From contig CAXNJO010000002.1 in the NCBI GenBank assembly GCA_964202905.1, positions 128,001 through 192,000 of the forward strand: a stretch of 64,000 nucleotides of DNA, given 5' to 3'. Positions 34,715 through 45,194 of the stretch are shown piece after piece. The stretch's first letter is position 1; every line of letters starts with the position of its first letter. Position numbers and translations under genes: made by a program. Source of the stretch: Polyangiales bacterium (lineage in GTDB: Bacteria > Myxococcota_A > Polyangia > Polyangiales > JADJQN01). A model generated the notes under the pieces. It searched no databases. It was given only the letters and a program-made list of their open reading frames with translations, and was not told where the DNA came from.

Positions 34715-35032
34715 TCACTTCGCGACGGCGTCCTTGAGCTTCTTGAGCGGCGTCGAGCGGAGCTTGCGCGACGCGGGGACGTCGCGGGTGACGACCTCGC
34801 CGGTCGCCGGGTTGCGGAACTTCTTGCCCTTCTGGGCCTTGGTCGTGCGAACGCGGATCTTGACGATGTCCGGGATCACGAACTCGCCGGGGCCCTTCTT
34901 GCTGAGCTGGGCCTTGATGATCTCGCCGAGCGCGGCGAAGACGCCGACGAGGTCCTTCTTGGACACGCCGGACTTCTCCGAGAGCTCGGTGACGATCTGG
35001 GCCTTGGTCATACGCTTCACTGCAGCTGCCAT
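34715..35032 (-). CDS. HU/IHF-family nucleoid-associated protein
   Basis: MTKAQIV-EL, RNPATGE, KKLKDAV; GGAGG RBS. Confidence 0.92.
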   Translation of the reverse strand: MAAAVKRMTKAQIVTELSEKSGVSKKDLVGVFAALGEIIKAQLSKKGPGEFVIPDIVKIRVRTTKAQKGKKFRNPATGEVVTRDVPASRKLRSTPLKKLKDAVAK

Positions 35033-35578
35033 GATTGCCTCCATCGAGCCGCGCCGGAACGCGCGTGACGCAGCCGCATGCTGCGCCCCGACTGCACCCC
35101 GGCGGGCGGAACTGGTTGAGGAACGTTGGGTGTCAAAACGGGAGCGGTTGCGATCCTCGCCCGGCGAACAGCCACCGGTGCAGCTCACGGGACCCTCCCC
35201 GGGGCCGGTCACACCGACCGACCCGGCTGCGTCCCCCGAAGGCGGGGGAGCAGGCCCCGACAGACTGAGCCGCGCTCATCCCCTTTGTTTACAAGGGTGC
35301 GAGTGCGATGGGCGCATCTATGCACGCGCTTTTCCGGGCTGACAAGGGGGTTTTGAGAAAAGTGAGCGGTTCTGCCCGGGAAAAGGCCGCGACAGGCTGC
35401 CGCGGCCCCGAAATCACCCCGTTTTTCGGCGAATGCGCGATCGAAGCGGCGGTCGGCGCGCGATCCGCGGGACGATCTGCGACGCCTTCGGGCGCGCGTT
35501 CCACCGGCGTTCGACGATGCTGCATGTGCCGCGTTTCGTGCTGACCGCGCCCCCTTCCACCTCGAGGGGCAGGCGCGA

Positions 35579-36313
35579 TCAGGGCGCAGGCGCGGCGTTG
35601 AGCGACCAATCGTAGGGGAGCGAACGCGGCGAGGCCGAGGCCGGGACCGCGCGGAGACGGCCCGTCGCATCGTAGCGATCGAGCCACGCGCGCACGCTGC
35701 CGGCGTCGCGTCGGAAGTCGGCGGCGTACCACTCGAAGAGGGCGCTCCACGAGAGCGCACCGGCACGCACGCGCACGTGCGCGTCGCTCGCCACCATCGC
35801 GCGCGCGAGGCGCGTGAGCTCCGCGTCGACGTTCGCGGCCGTGAACGCGCGCGGCGACAGCGTGGGACACGAGCGGGCCCCGCAGTTGAGCGCGGCGTGC
35901 ACGCGCGCATCGGGGAAGCGGCGCCGGATGAGCGCGTTCTCGAGTTGGTCGAGCGTGCGCGCCCGCCCCGCAACGCGGTGCTGGACGCGGTCGAAGAAGC
36001 CCGGCACGTCACGCACCGAGCGCAGCCCCGGCCGCGCGGCGATCGCGTCGACCACGATCGCGTTGTAGGCGTCGAGCCACGCGTAGAGGGGCTCGCTCTC
36101 GGGCATGTTCGCGACGGCGCCGAGGAACGCCGCGAGGTCCGCGCGGGCGCGCGCGTCGGCGCGGAGGCCGGCGTAGTCGAACCCTCCGCGCCGCGCGTGC
36201 GCGGCGAGCACGCGCTGCCAGGGCGCGACATCGAGGGCGCGCGCCGACGGCACCGCGAGGGCGAACGCGGCGAGCACCGCGAGCACGACCGGGAGCGCGC
36301 CACGCCACCGCAT
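35579..36313 (-). CDS. DUF547-domain secreted protein
   Basis: Signal peptide, FDYAGL, AWLDAYNA, TLDQLEN, DARVHAALNCGARSCP, FEWY-ADF, YDWSLN. Confidence 0.9.
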   Translation of the reverse strand: MRWRGALPVVLAVLAAFALAVPSARALDVAPWQRVLAAHARRGGFDYAGLRADARARADLAAFLGAVANMPESEPLYAWLDAYNAIVVDAIAARPGLRSVRDVPGFFDRVQHRVAGRARTLDQLENALIRRRFPDARVHAALNCGARSCPTLSPRAFTAANVDAELTRLARAMVASDAHVRVRAGALSWSALFEWYAADFRRDAGSVRAWLDRYDATGRLRAVPASASPRSLPYDWSLNAAPAP

Positions 36314-36651
36314 CACATGCCGAGGCGCGTGGCGTGGTTGCGCATCTGCACGCCGTGGACGAGCGATGCGCCGCCGCGGATCGCGGCCGCGACGTGGACG
36401 GCCTCGGTCATCTGATCGAGGTCGGCGCCCTTCTCGAGCGCGTCCTTCGAGTAGGCGTCGATGCAGTACGGGCACTGCACGGCGTGCGCGACGGCGAGCG
36501 CGATGATGGACTTCTCGCGCGCGGAGAGCGCCCCGTCCGCGAACACCGCGCCGTACCAGGCGAAGAACTTCTCGGCGAGGTCCGGCGCGTTCTCGCCGAT
36601 GCGGGGGAACTTCGCGAGGTCGTGGGAGTGGTAGTAGTGGTCGTCGGACAT
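36313..36651 (-). CDS. AhpD/carboxymuconolactone decarboxylase-family protein (arsenosugar-associated peroxidase-like)
   Basis: GALSAREKSIIALAVAHAVQCPYCIDAY, EAVHVAAAIRGGASLVHGVQM. Confidence 0.85.
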   Translation of the reverse strand: MSDDHYYHSHDLAKFPRIGENAPDLAEKFFAWYGAVFADGALSAREKSIIALAVAHAVQCPYCIDAYSKDALEKGADLDQMTEAVHVAAAIRGGASLVHGVQMRNHATRLGM

Positions 36652-36862
36652 CGGGGTCTCCGGGCGGGGGGTTGGGGCCGCCGCGGCGACGGTACGGCCG
36701 CGGGGTCGCCTGCGCGAGGGCTGCCTGCGTCGATCGAGCGTCCACGGCCCGTGCGCGGCGGCCGTTGGGACGACGCGCGCGACCGCGCGATTCACGCGGG
36801 CCGCGCCGCGCGCGGCGGCCCAGGCGCTTCCGCAACGCGGCCCCGACCGCAGCGCCGGCCTG

Positions 36863-37324
36863 TCAGCGGCGCGGTCGCGCGCCGAGCGCGGCGGCGCAGA
36901 GCAGATCCGTGCGCGCCGACATGCGGCGCTCCTCGGTGCGCGTGGCGTGATCGAAGCCGAGCAGGTGGAGCAGGCCGTGCGCGAGGAGCATGGTCACCTC
37001 GGCCTCGAGCGGACGCGCATGCGCGCGGGCCTGGCGCGCGGCGGTGTCGAGCGAGATCACGACATCGCCGAGGACGCCGTGCGCGCCGTGCGCGTGCTCG
37101 GCGCCCTCCCCCTCGCGCATCGCGAACGCGAGCACGTCGGTGGGCTTGTCCTTGCGCCGATAATCGCGGTTGAGCGCGTGGATCGTGGGGTCGTCGCAGA
37201 GCACGACGGAGAGCTCGCCGTCGGCGAGGCCGAGCGCCGCGAGCATGCGTGCGGCTCGCGCGCGCACGAAGGACGCGGGCAGCGAAGGGCGACCATCGCC
37301 CTGCCAGCGGAGGCTCACGGGCAC
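36863..37324 (-). CDS. ybeY: rRNA maturation endoribonuclease YbeY
   Basis: LNRDYRRKDKPTDVLAF, LGDVVIS, HGLLHLLGFDH; start approximate. Confidence 0.95.
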   Translation of the reverse strand: MPVSLRWQGDGRPSLPASFVRARAARMLAALGLADGELSVVLCDDPTIHALNRDYRRKDKPTDVLAFAMREGEGAEHAHGAHGVLGDVVISLDTAARQARAHARPLEAEVTMLLAHGLLHLLGFDHATRTEERRMSARTDLLCAAALGARPRR

Positions 37325-37335
37325 GTCGGGGCTCC

Positions 37336-39129
37336 TCAGATGCGCTGCTGGATCATGCGCTCGACGAAGGTCGCGTCGTACTGGCCGGCGCGGAAGGCCT
37401 CGTGGCCGAGCACCCGGCGGACGAGCGGCGCGTTCGTCGCGAAGGGCGCGACGACGGTCTCGGCGACGACGCGGTCGAGGGCGAGCGCCGCCTGGTGACG
37501 CGTCGGCCCGAAGGCCGTGATCTTCGCGACGACCGAGTCGTAACCGGGGATGACCTCGCCGCCCGGGGCGAAGCCCGTCTCGATGCGCGCCTTGCCCGCG
37601 CCGACGGGCGGGAAGCGCAGCTCGGTGAGGCGGCCCGAGGGCGGCGCGCCGGGGCCGTCCCACAGGAGATGGGCCTCCATCGCGTGCCCGGTCGCGCTCG
37701 CGGCGAGGACCTCGGGCGGCATCGGCTCCCCGGCGGCGATGCGGATCTGCGCCTCGACGAGGTCGAGACCGGTGCACATCTCGTGCAGCGCGTGATCGAC
37801 GGAGAGGCCCACGGAGAGGCCGATCGCGTGGTAGCGACCGTCGGCGTCGAGCAGAAAGTGTACGGTCGCGGAGCCGACGACGCGCGCCGCACGCACGAGG
37901 CGCACGGCCGCCTCGTTGAGCGCCTCGCGCACGAAGTCGCCGTTCGGCAGGGAGGAGACGGCCGGCGCCGGCGACTCGGAGACGATCCGTCGGAGTTTGC
38001 GCTGCACGGAGCACTCGCGATCGCCGATCGGCACGATCTCCGCGGCGCCCCGCTCCGCGACCGCTCGGGCGGCGTTCTCCGCCGCGGCGCTCGGCCCGTC
38101 CATCCCACGCGCCATGACGAGCTCCGGCTCGGTCGCGGCGACCTCGACGGCGGCCCCCGTCGCTTGCACGGCAGCCCTCGCAGCGGCGAGCGGGGCCTCC
38201 GGCTCTGCGTCGACACCGAGCGCGAGCTCGCTGTCCGCGTCCGGTCCGGTGGCCTCGGCGGCGGCGGACGGCGCTGGTACCGGCGCTTCCGGGACGTCGT
38301 TCGCGGCAGGGGCCTCGACCGCGGCGGGGGCCGCGTCGATCGGAGCGTGCGTGTCCGGCGTCGCGACCGGCGCCGCGGGCGGAGGCGACGCAGGCGGACG
38401 CGTCGACGTCCGCCGCGCGCGGGAGTCCGGACGCGTGCTCGCGCGACGCGCGGGGCGGGCCTCGACGGGCGCGGCGCCCGCGTCCGCGAGCACCTCGATC
38501 TCCACCACGCGGGGCCGCTCGACGGCGCGCTCGATGACGACGCGGGCGTCACCGCCCGCCTCGCGCGCCGCCGCGCGGGCCGCCTCGAAGGCCTCCTCGA
38601 GCTCGTCGTCGTCGTCGGCGAAGCGCACGCCGAGCGCGTCCCGCGGCGCGAGAGGCTTGACGACGACCGGGTAGCCCAGCGTCTCCGTGGCCGCGTAGGC
38701 CGCGCGCAGGGTCTCGACGGGCTCGGACGTGCCCGGCACGACCCGCACGTCCGCCGCCACGCACAGCGCCCGCACGCGCGTGCGATCGGCGGCGATCGCG
38801 ATCACCTCGGCCGAGGGACCGATGAAGGTGAGGCCCGCCTCGGCGACCGCGCGCGCCAGCGCGACGTCGTGCGCCGCGAGCCCGTAGCCCGGGTGCACCG
38901 CATCGGCCCCGCACTGCCGCGCGGCGGCGACGATGGCGGTCGCCGAGAGGTACGACGAGGCGAGATCGGTGGCCTCGAGCCGCACCGCCTCGTCGCACGC
39001 TTGGACGTGCACTGCGTCGGCGTCCGCGTCGGTGTGGATGGCGACGGTGGTCACGCCGAGGCGCTTGCAGGTGCGGGCGACGCGCGCGGCGACCTCGCTG
39101 CGGTTTGCAATCAGGATCTTCTCGAACAT
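37336..39129 (-). CDS. Biotin carboxylase-like protein with degenerate active site and Ala/Pro-rich insertion
   Basis: KILIANRSEVA, HPGYG, FIGPS, RECSVQR, TGLDLV-QI, YDSVVAK; catalytic motifs replaced. Confidence 0.85.
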   Translation of the reverse strand: MFEKILIANRSEVAARVARTCKRLGVTTVAIHTDADADAVHVQACDEAVRLEATDLASSYLSATAIVAAARQCGADAVHPGYGLAAHDVALARAVAEAGLTFIGPSAEVIAIAADRTRVRALCVAADVRVVPGTSEPVETLRAAYAATETLGYPVVVKPLAPRDALGVRFADDDDELEEAFEAARAAAREAGGDARVVIERAVERPRVVEIEVLADAGAAPVEARPARRASTRPDSRARRTSTRPPASPPPAAPVATPDTHAPIDAAPAAVEAPAANDVPEAPVPAPSAAAEATGPDADSELALGVDAEPEAPLAAARAAVQATGAAVEVAATEPELVMARGMDGPSAAAENAARAVAERGAAEIVPIGDRECSVQRKLRRIVSESPAPAVSSLPNGDFVREALNEAAVRLVRAARVVGSATVHFLLDADGRYHAIGLSVGLSVDHALHEMCTGLDLVEAQIRIAAGEPMPPEVLAASATGHAMEAHLLWDGPGAPPSGRLTELRFPPVGAGKARIETGFAPGGEVIPGYDSVVAKITAFGPTRHQAALALDRVVAETVVAPFATNAPLVRRVLGHEAFRAGQYDATFVERMIQQRI

Positions 39130-39218
39130 GCGGGCGTGAGGATACGCGAGGCGCCGCGGCCGCGCGAGCGCTCACCCACATTGCCCGCCCGCGGCGCGCG
39201 TGAGAATGTGCGGACTCC

Positions 39219-39965
39219 GTGCCGAGGTCCGCCGACACCGAGTTCGTCGTCACGCGCCTGCTGCGGGAGGCCCTCGAGGGCGTGGTCGCCCCGGGGCTCG
39301 TCTCGCCCATCCTCTTCGAGGCCCTCGAGCCCTATGGCGCGCGCCTTCCGACCGGCCCGGAGGGCCTGCTCGACATGGCGCGCGGGCCGCTCGCCGGCGC
39401 GGTCGCCCGGCGAATCGGCGTCGAAGAGGCCGATGAACTCGTGCGGCGCGCCGAGCGTCTCGTCGCCCATGCGCGCGGTGCAGCGAGCGCCCCGCCACCC
39501 GCCGCGCCGGCACGTCCGTCGATCACCTTCCCGCGGCCCGCGCACGGCCGCGACCGCGACGACACGGCGCTCGTGCCCACGACCGCCGACGCGGTGCGCG
39601 TGCTGGTCGTCGCCGAGGGCGCCGGGCTGGCGCTCCGCCTCGACGCGGCGCTCGGCGCGGCGCGCGTGTCGGTACGATCCCTCGCGAGCCTTCCGGCGCT
39701 GCGCGATCACCTTTGCAATCACGGCACGCCGAGCTTGCTGCTGGTCGATGCGACGGACTTTCCGGCCATCGCCACCGACGAGTTGGTCGCCGCGATGCGT
39801 CTCGGCCCGGTCACGATGATCCGCGCAATCTGGGGCGCCGAGTTGCCCTACGGCCGCAGCGCGATGGCCGCCGCGGGCAGCGAGTCGCCCGCATTGCTCG
39901 GCCTCGATCGGGCGCACGGCGTCGACTCGCTGCTGGATCTCATCCGCTCGCGCCGTCGCACTTGA
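39219..39965 (+). CDS. Hypothetical protein
   Basis: 248-aa GC3-biased ORF filling the gap before eno; possible degenerate receiver-like C-terminal half. Confidence 0.65.
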   Translation: MPRSADTEFVVTRLLREALEGVVAPGLVSPILFEALEPYGARLPTGPEGLLDMARGPLAGAVARRIGVEEADELVRRAERLVAHARGAASAPPPAAPARPSITFPRPAHGRDRDDTALVPTTADAVRVLVVAEGAGLALRLDAALGAARVSVRSLASLPALRDHLCNHGTPSLLLVDATDFPAIATDELVAAMRLGPVTMIRAIWGAELPYGRSAMAAAGSESPALLGLDRAHGVDSLLDLIRSRRRT

Positions 39966-40048
39966 GCCGGCTCACCGGAGTGGGCGCAACGCGCGTGAGA
40001 CGGGCGCGCAGCGCGGGTCGACGCCCGCGCCACGCCGCCCGCGGGGGC

Positions 40049-41385
<1,337 letters not shown>

Positions 41386-41402
41386 TCGCGGGGGCGCCGC
41401 GG

Positions 41403-42308
41403 TCAGCGCTCGAAGAACATCGGCGCGCGCTGCCGGAGGAAGCGCTCGACCGCCCGACGCTCTTCCGGGTCGAGCGGCTCGAAGCGCACGCCGACCCCGG
41501 GCGCGAGGTCGCCGTCGTGGGGGTCGCGGATCCACGCGACGCGGCCCGCGAGCGAGAGCGGCCGCCCCCCGGGCAGCACGAGCGAGACCGTCAGCGCGGT
41601 GCCGACCGGGAGCCGATCGTACGTCGCGACGAACAGACCACCGTCGGAGATGTCCTCGGCGAGCCCGACGAAAAAGTTGGTCTCGCTGTGCAGACCGATG
41701 TCGGCCTCGAGCGCGACGCGCCGGGAGTAGCGACGCTCGTCGGTGGGCGCAGGCGGCACGAACTCGGCCGCGCGGCGCGGGCGCAGCGTCGGCGCACGGC
41801 GCGGCATCAGCGGGATGGCCTCGTGTTCGTCGTCGTCGGGCGCACCGAGGACGGGCGCACTCGCGTGCGTCGCGCCGGGACCGCTGCGCCAAGCGTCGTC
41901 GCCGCGGTCCGCGGCAGGACGCGCGACAGCCGCGGGAGGGCTCGACGCGGGGCGCGGCGGCTCGAGCGCGAGCGACGCGGGGTAGAGCGTGGCGAGCGCG
42001 CGGGCGATGCGCTCACCCGCGGCGACGAGCGATCCGTGCTGCGAGGCCTCGCCCTGCACGGCCACGCGTGCGCGGTGGAGCGACGCCATCGCGCGGGTGA
42101 TCGCGTCCGCGCCCGTCGCCGGCGTCGCCGCCTCGAGCGCGTAGAGCGCGCGCAGCGCGAGGCCGAGCTGTGCGAGCGCCTCGTCCATCCCCGGCGTGAT
42201 CACGAGCTCCGCCTCGAGCACGGCGCGCGCGTCGGCGAGATCGGGGCGGACATGCCGTGCGGCGGCCACCGCCGCGGCGAGCCCCTCGTGCGGCGCGGCG
42301 TCGTGCAT
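41403..42308 (-). CDS. TIGR02266-type PilZ-domain protein with helical N-terminus (start uncertain)
   Basis: ERRYSRR, SETNFF-G-EDISDGGLFVAT, GRVAWIR, PGVGVRF, FLRQRAPMFF. Confidence 0.85.
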   Translation of the reverse strand: MHDAAPHEGLAAAVAAARHVRPDLADARAVLEAELVITPGMDEALAQLGLALRALYALEAATPATGADAITRAMASLHRARVAVQGEASQHGSLVAAGERIARALATLYPASLALEPPRPASSPPAAVARPAADRGDDAWRSGPGATHASAPVLGAPDDDEHEAIPLMPRRAPTLRPRRAAEFVPPAPTDERRYSRRVALEADIGLHSETNFFVGLAEDISDGGLFVATYDRLPVGTALTVSLVLPGGRPLSLAGRVAWIRDPHDGDLAPGVGVRFEPLDPEERRAVERFLRQRAPMFFER

Positions 42309-42601
42309 TCAGCCCCTCAGCCCGGCGGTGCGGGCCTGCCGCGCGTCGATCGGCGCGTCTCCGCAGCGGGCGGTCGCGAACACGGCGGCGCTCCCCACCG
42401 GCCATCCCGCGTGCATCCGGCGCGCGGGCATCGGCCCCGGCACACGGGGACGAATCGGCAGCGGCCCCGGCGTCAAGGAAGAAAACACGGTCCGAGGAGC
42501 ATCCCCGAGCGCTCCGGCAGCCGCAAGGGCCTCACGGTTCGCGCACGGCGGCATCGCGGACGCGCGGCGGGAACGGCGGCGAGTTCGGGTATCGTCGCGC
42601 G

Positions 42602-45019
42602 ATGCGTCTCGTGCTCCGACCGCTCCTGCTCGCCGGTCTCGGATGGCTCGCTGCGCTCGCGGCGTGCGACGGCTGCAGCGGCTCGGGCACACCGCCCCCC
42701 ATCGCGGGGAGTTGTGTGACCACGGCCGACTGCGCGTCCGACGAGAGCTGCCTCGACGGTCGCTGCCGCCCCGCCGTGCGCGTCGACGGAGGCGCCGACG
42801 ACGGCCCCGGCGCCGACGCGTCGGCGTGCCCGGCCGCGCGCGCGTGCGGCGCGACCTGCTGCGACGAAGGGCTCGTGTGCGGCGCCGGTGCGTGCTGCGC
42901 GCCCGACACGCTGTGCGGCGGCGCGTGCTGCGGCGCGGACCAGCGCTGCGAGGCCGATCGCTGCGTGCTCGATTGCGGCGACACGCGCGCGGTCTGCGGC
43001 GTCGGCGCCGACGCGCTCTGCTGCGCGACCGGTGACCTCTGCTACCTCGGCGCGTGCACGACGCCCGGGCCCGCGTGCACCTCGACGCGGGACTGCCCCG
43101 ACGGCTCGTACTGCGAGTCGACCGCGCTGCGCTGCCTGCCCCGCGCGACGGGCACCACGTGCGAGTACCGACCGCCCGTCGGCCCGCTCGAGCTGCGCGA
43201 GGAGTGGCACTGGGCGGGCGACGCGGAGGCCTACCCCGCGCACGCGCAAGTGATGATGGCGCCGATGGTCGCGAACCTCGACGACGACGACGGCGACGGG
43301 CGCGTCGATCAGAACGACATCCCCGACGTCGTGTTCCACTCGTTCACCGGGGCCGACTACTGGGGCAACGGCATCCTGCGCGCGGTGCGCGGCTCGGACG
43401 GCGCACGGCTCTGGCCCCCGGCCGGGATGGACCCGGGCTACCGCACGACGCCCGGCGGTGAGGTCGCGATCGGCGAGCTCGACGCGGCCTCGCCCGGCCC
43501 GGAGGTCGTCGCATGCAGCGCGAGCACGCGGCCCTCGACGGCGGGACACGTCCTTCTGCTGCGCGCCGACGGCACGCTGTTGCGCAGCCTCACCGGCGTG
43601 CCCTGCGGCTTCGACGCGCCGGCGATCGGCGACATGGACAACGACGGCGTGCCCGAGATCGTGGTTCGTTTCATCGTCTTCCACGTGGACGGGACGATCG
43701 TGGCGACGCTCTCGCCGAGCGCCGCGAGCCAGCCGACGGGCGCCTACGTCACGCTCGTGGACGTCGACGGGGACGGCACGCTCGAGCTCGCGTCGTCGGC
43801 GGTCGTGTTTCGACTCGATGGGACCACGGTGTGGGACCGTCGCAGCGCGGGCGCCCTCGGCCCCGCCCTGCCCGAAGGCGGGCAGCTCGCGATCGGCGAC
43901 CTCGACCTCGACGGTGCGCCCGAGCTGATCACCATCACAGGAGGTGATCACGCGATCCGCGCGCTCCGCGCAACGACTGGCGAGACGGTGTGGGGCCCCA
44001 TGGACATCAACCCGCTCGACGACGCCGGCGTCGCGGCGGACGTGGCCGTGGACGCCTCGGCGGGCCGCGGCGGCGGGCCGCCCACGATCGCGAACTTCGA
44101 CGCGGATCCGCAGCCGGAGATCGCGTTCGCGGGGGGATTCGCCTACGTCATCTTCAACCACGACGGCACGCGGCTCTGGTACGACGTGACGACGGATCGG
44201 TCGTCGCGCGTGACGGGTTCGAGCGTGTTCGACTTCGAGGGCGACGGCGTCGCCGAGGTCGCCTACAACGACGAGCGGCAGTTCCGCATCTACCGCGGCC
44301 CCGACGGCAGCGAGCTCTTCTCGCGCTGCAACACGAGCGGCACGCTGCGCGAGTACCCGATCATCGTCGACGTCGACAACGACGACCACGCCGAGGTCGT
44401 GCTGATGGCGAACAACTACGCCTTCGGCTGCCTCGACGGGACGGCGAGCGGCACCGGCATCTACGTGTTCGGGCACCCACGCAACCAGTGGGTGCGCACG
44501 CGCCGCATCTGGAACCAGCACAGCTACCACGTCACCAACGTGAACGAGGACGGCACGATCCCGCGCACCGAGACCCGCAACTGGACGGCGCCGGGGCTCA
44601 ACAATTTCCGCCAGAACGTGCAGCCGGACGGGCTCTTCGACGCGCCCGACCTGGTGCTCCTCGACCTCGCGGCCGCGACGCGCCCCTGCCCGACGGGCCT
44701 CGCGCTCTCGGTGCGCGTCGTGAACCGCGGCGCCGCAGGCGCGCCCGCCGGGCTCCCCGTGACCTTCTACGACGTGACGAGCGGCACGCGCGTACGCCTC
44801 GGGCGCGCGGTGACGACGCGCGCGCTGCTGCCCGGCGAGGGCGAGGTGCTCACGCTGACCCCGGACTACGCGGTGCCGGCGGGCATGGAGACGTCGACCT
44901 TCCGATTCGACGCGGTCCTCAACGACCCGGCCGACATGCCGCGCGACGACGTCAACCAATGCGACGCGACGAACGACGCGGCCGACGCGATCGAGGCGCG
45001 CTGTCCGTCCCTCGGCTGA
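42602..45019 (+). CDS. Cys-rich FG-GAP/VCBS beta-propeller surface lipoprotein
   Basis: Lipobox LAAC, Cys-rich repeats, several DxDxDG loops, WVRTRRIWNQHSYH, CARDB-like end. Confidence 0.85.
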   Translation: MRLVLRPLLLAGLGWLAALAACDGCSGSGTPPPIAGSCVTTADCASDESCLDGRCRPAVRVDGGADDGPGADASACPAARACGATCCDEGLVCGAGACCAPDTLCGGACCGADQRCEADRCVLDCGDTRAVCGVGADALCCATGDLCYLGACTTPGPACTSTRDCPDGSYCESTALRCLPRATGTTCEYRPPVGPLELREEWHWAGDAEAYPAHAQVMMAPMVANLDDDDGDGRVDQNDIPDVVFHSFTGADYWGNGILRAVRGSDGARLWPPAGMDPGYRTTPGGEVAIGELDAASPGPEVVACSASTRPSTAGHVLLLRADGTLLRSLTGVPCGFDAPAIGDMDNDGVPEIVVRFIVFHVDGTIVATLSPSAASQPTGAYVTLVDVDGDGTLELASSAVVFRLDGTTVWDRRSAGALGPALPEGGQLAIGDLDLDGAPELITITGGDHAIRALRATTGETVWGPMDINPLDDAGVAADVAVDASAGRGGGPPTIANFDADPQPEIAFAGGFAYVIFNHDGTRLWYDVTTDRSSRVTGSSVFDFEGDGVAEVAYNDERQFRIYRGPDGSELFSRCNTSGTLREYPIIVDVDNDDHAEVVLMANNYAFGCLDGTASGTGIYVFGHPRNQWVRTRRIWNQHSYHVTNVNEDGTIPRTETRNWTAPGLNNFRQNVQPDGLFDAPDLVLLDLAAATRPCPTGLALSVRVVNRGAAGAPAGLPVTFYDVTSGTRVRLGRAVTTRALLPGEGEVLTLTPDYAVPAGMETSTFRFDAVLNDPADMPRDDVNQCDATNDAADAIEARCPSLG

Positions 45020-45128
45020 GGCGGCGCGCCCGCCGCCTGGCACGTGCTGGCACGACACGTTTGTCACAGCGTCGGCGCACGGTCCGCGCATACCCTCGAA
45101 AACAAAGCGGATCCGGCAATGCGCCGCG

Positions 45129-45145
45129 CTGGCGCGCGCCTTGCT
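45129..45145 (+). promoter_or_regulatory. Sigma54 (-24/-12) promoter
   Basis: CTGGCGCGCGCCTTGCT fits YTGGCACGNNNNTTGCW with correct GG-N10-GC spacing, 50 nt before an ATG with GGAGA RBS. Confidence 0.7.
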
Positions 45146-45194
45146 GAGCCGTGTTCGCCGTTCGAGCCCGCTCCCACGCACCCCGGAGAGACCC

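Noticed and set aside
35050..35300. SRP, 6S, tmRNA or tRNA gene
   Set aside because: No diagnostic motifs recognised; kept only as an unnamed candidate leader
42309..42311. In-frame TGA upstream of the PilZ gene as selenocysteine or readthrough
   Set aside because: No redox context or clear SECIS; TGA is the normal stop here; a start at 42308 or a sequencing error is simpler
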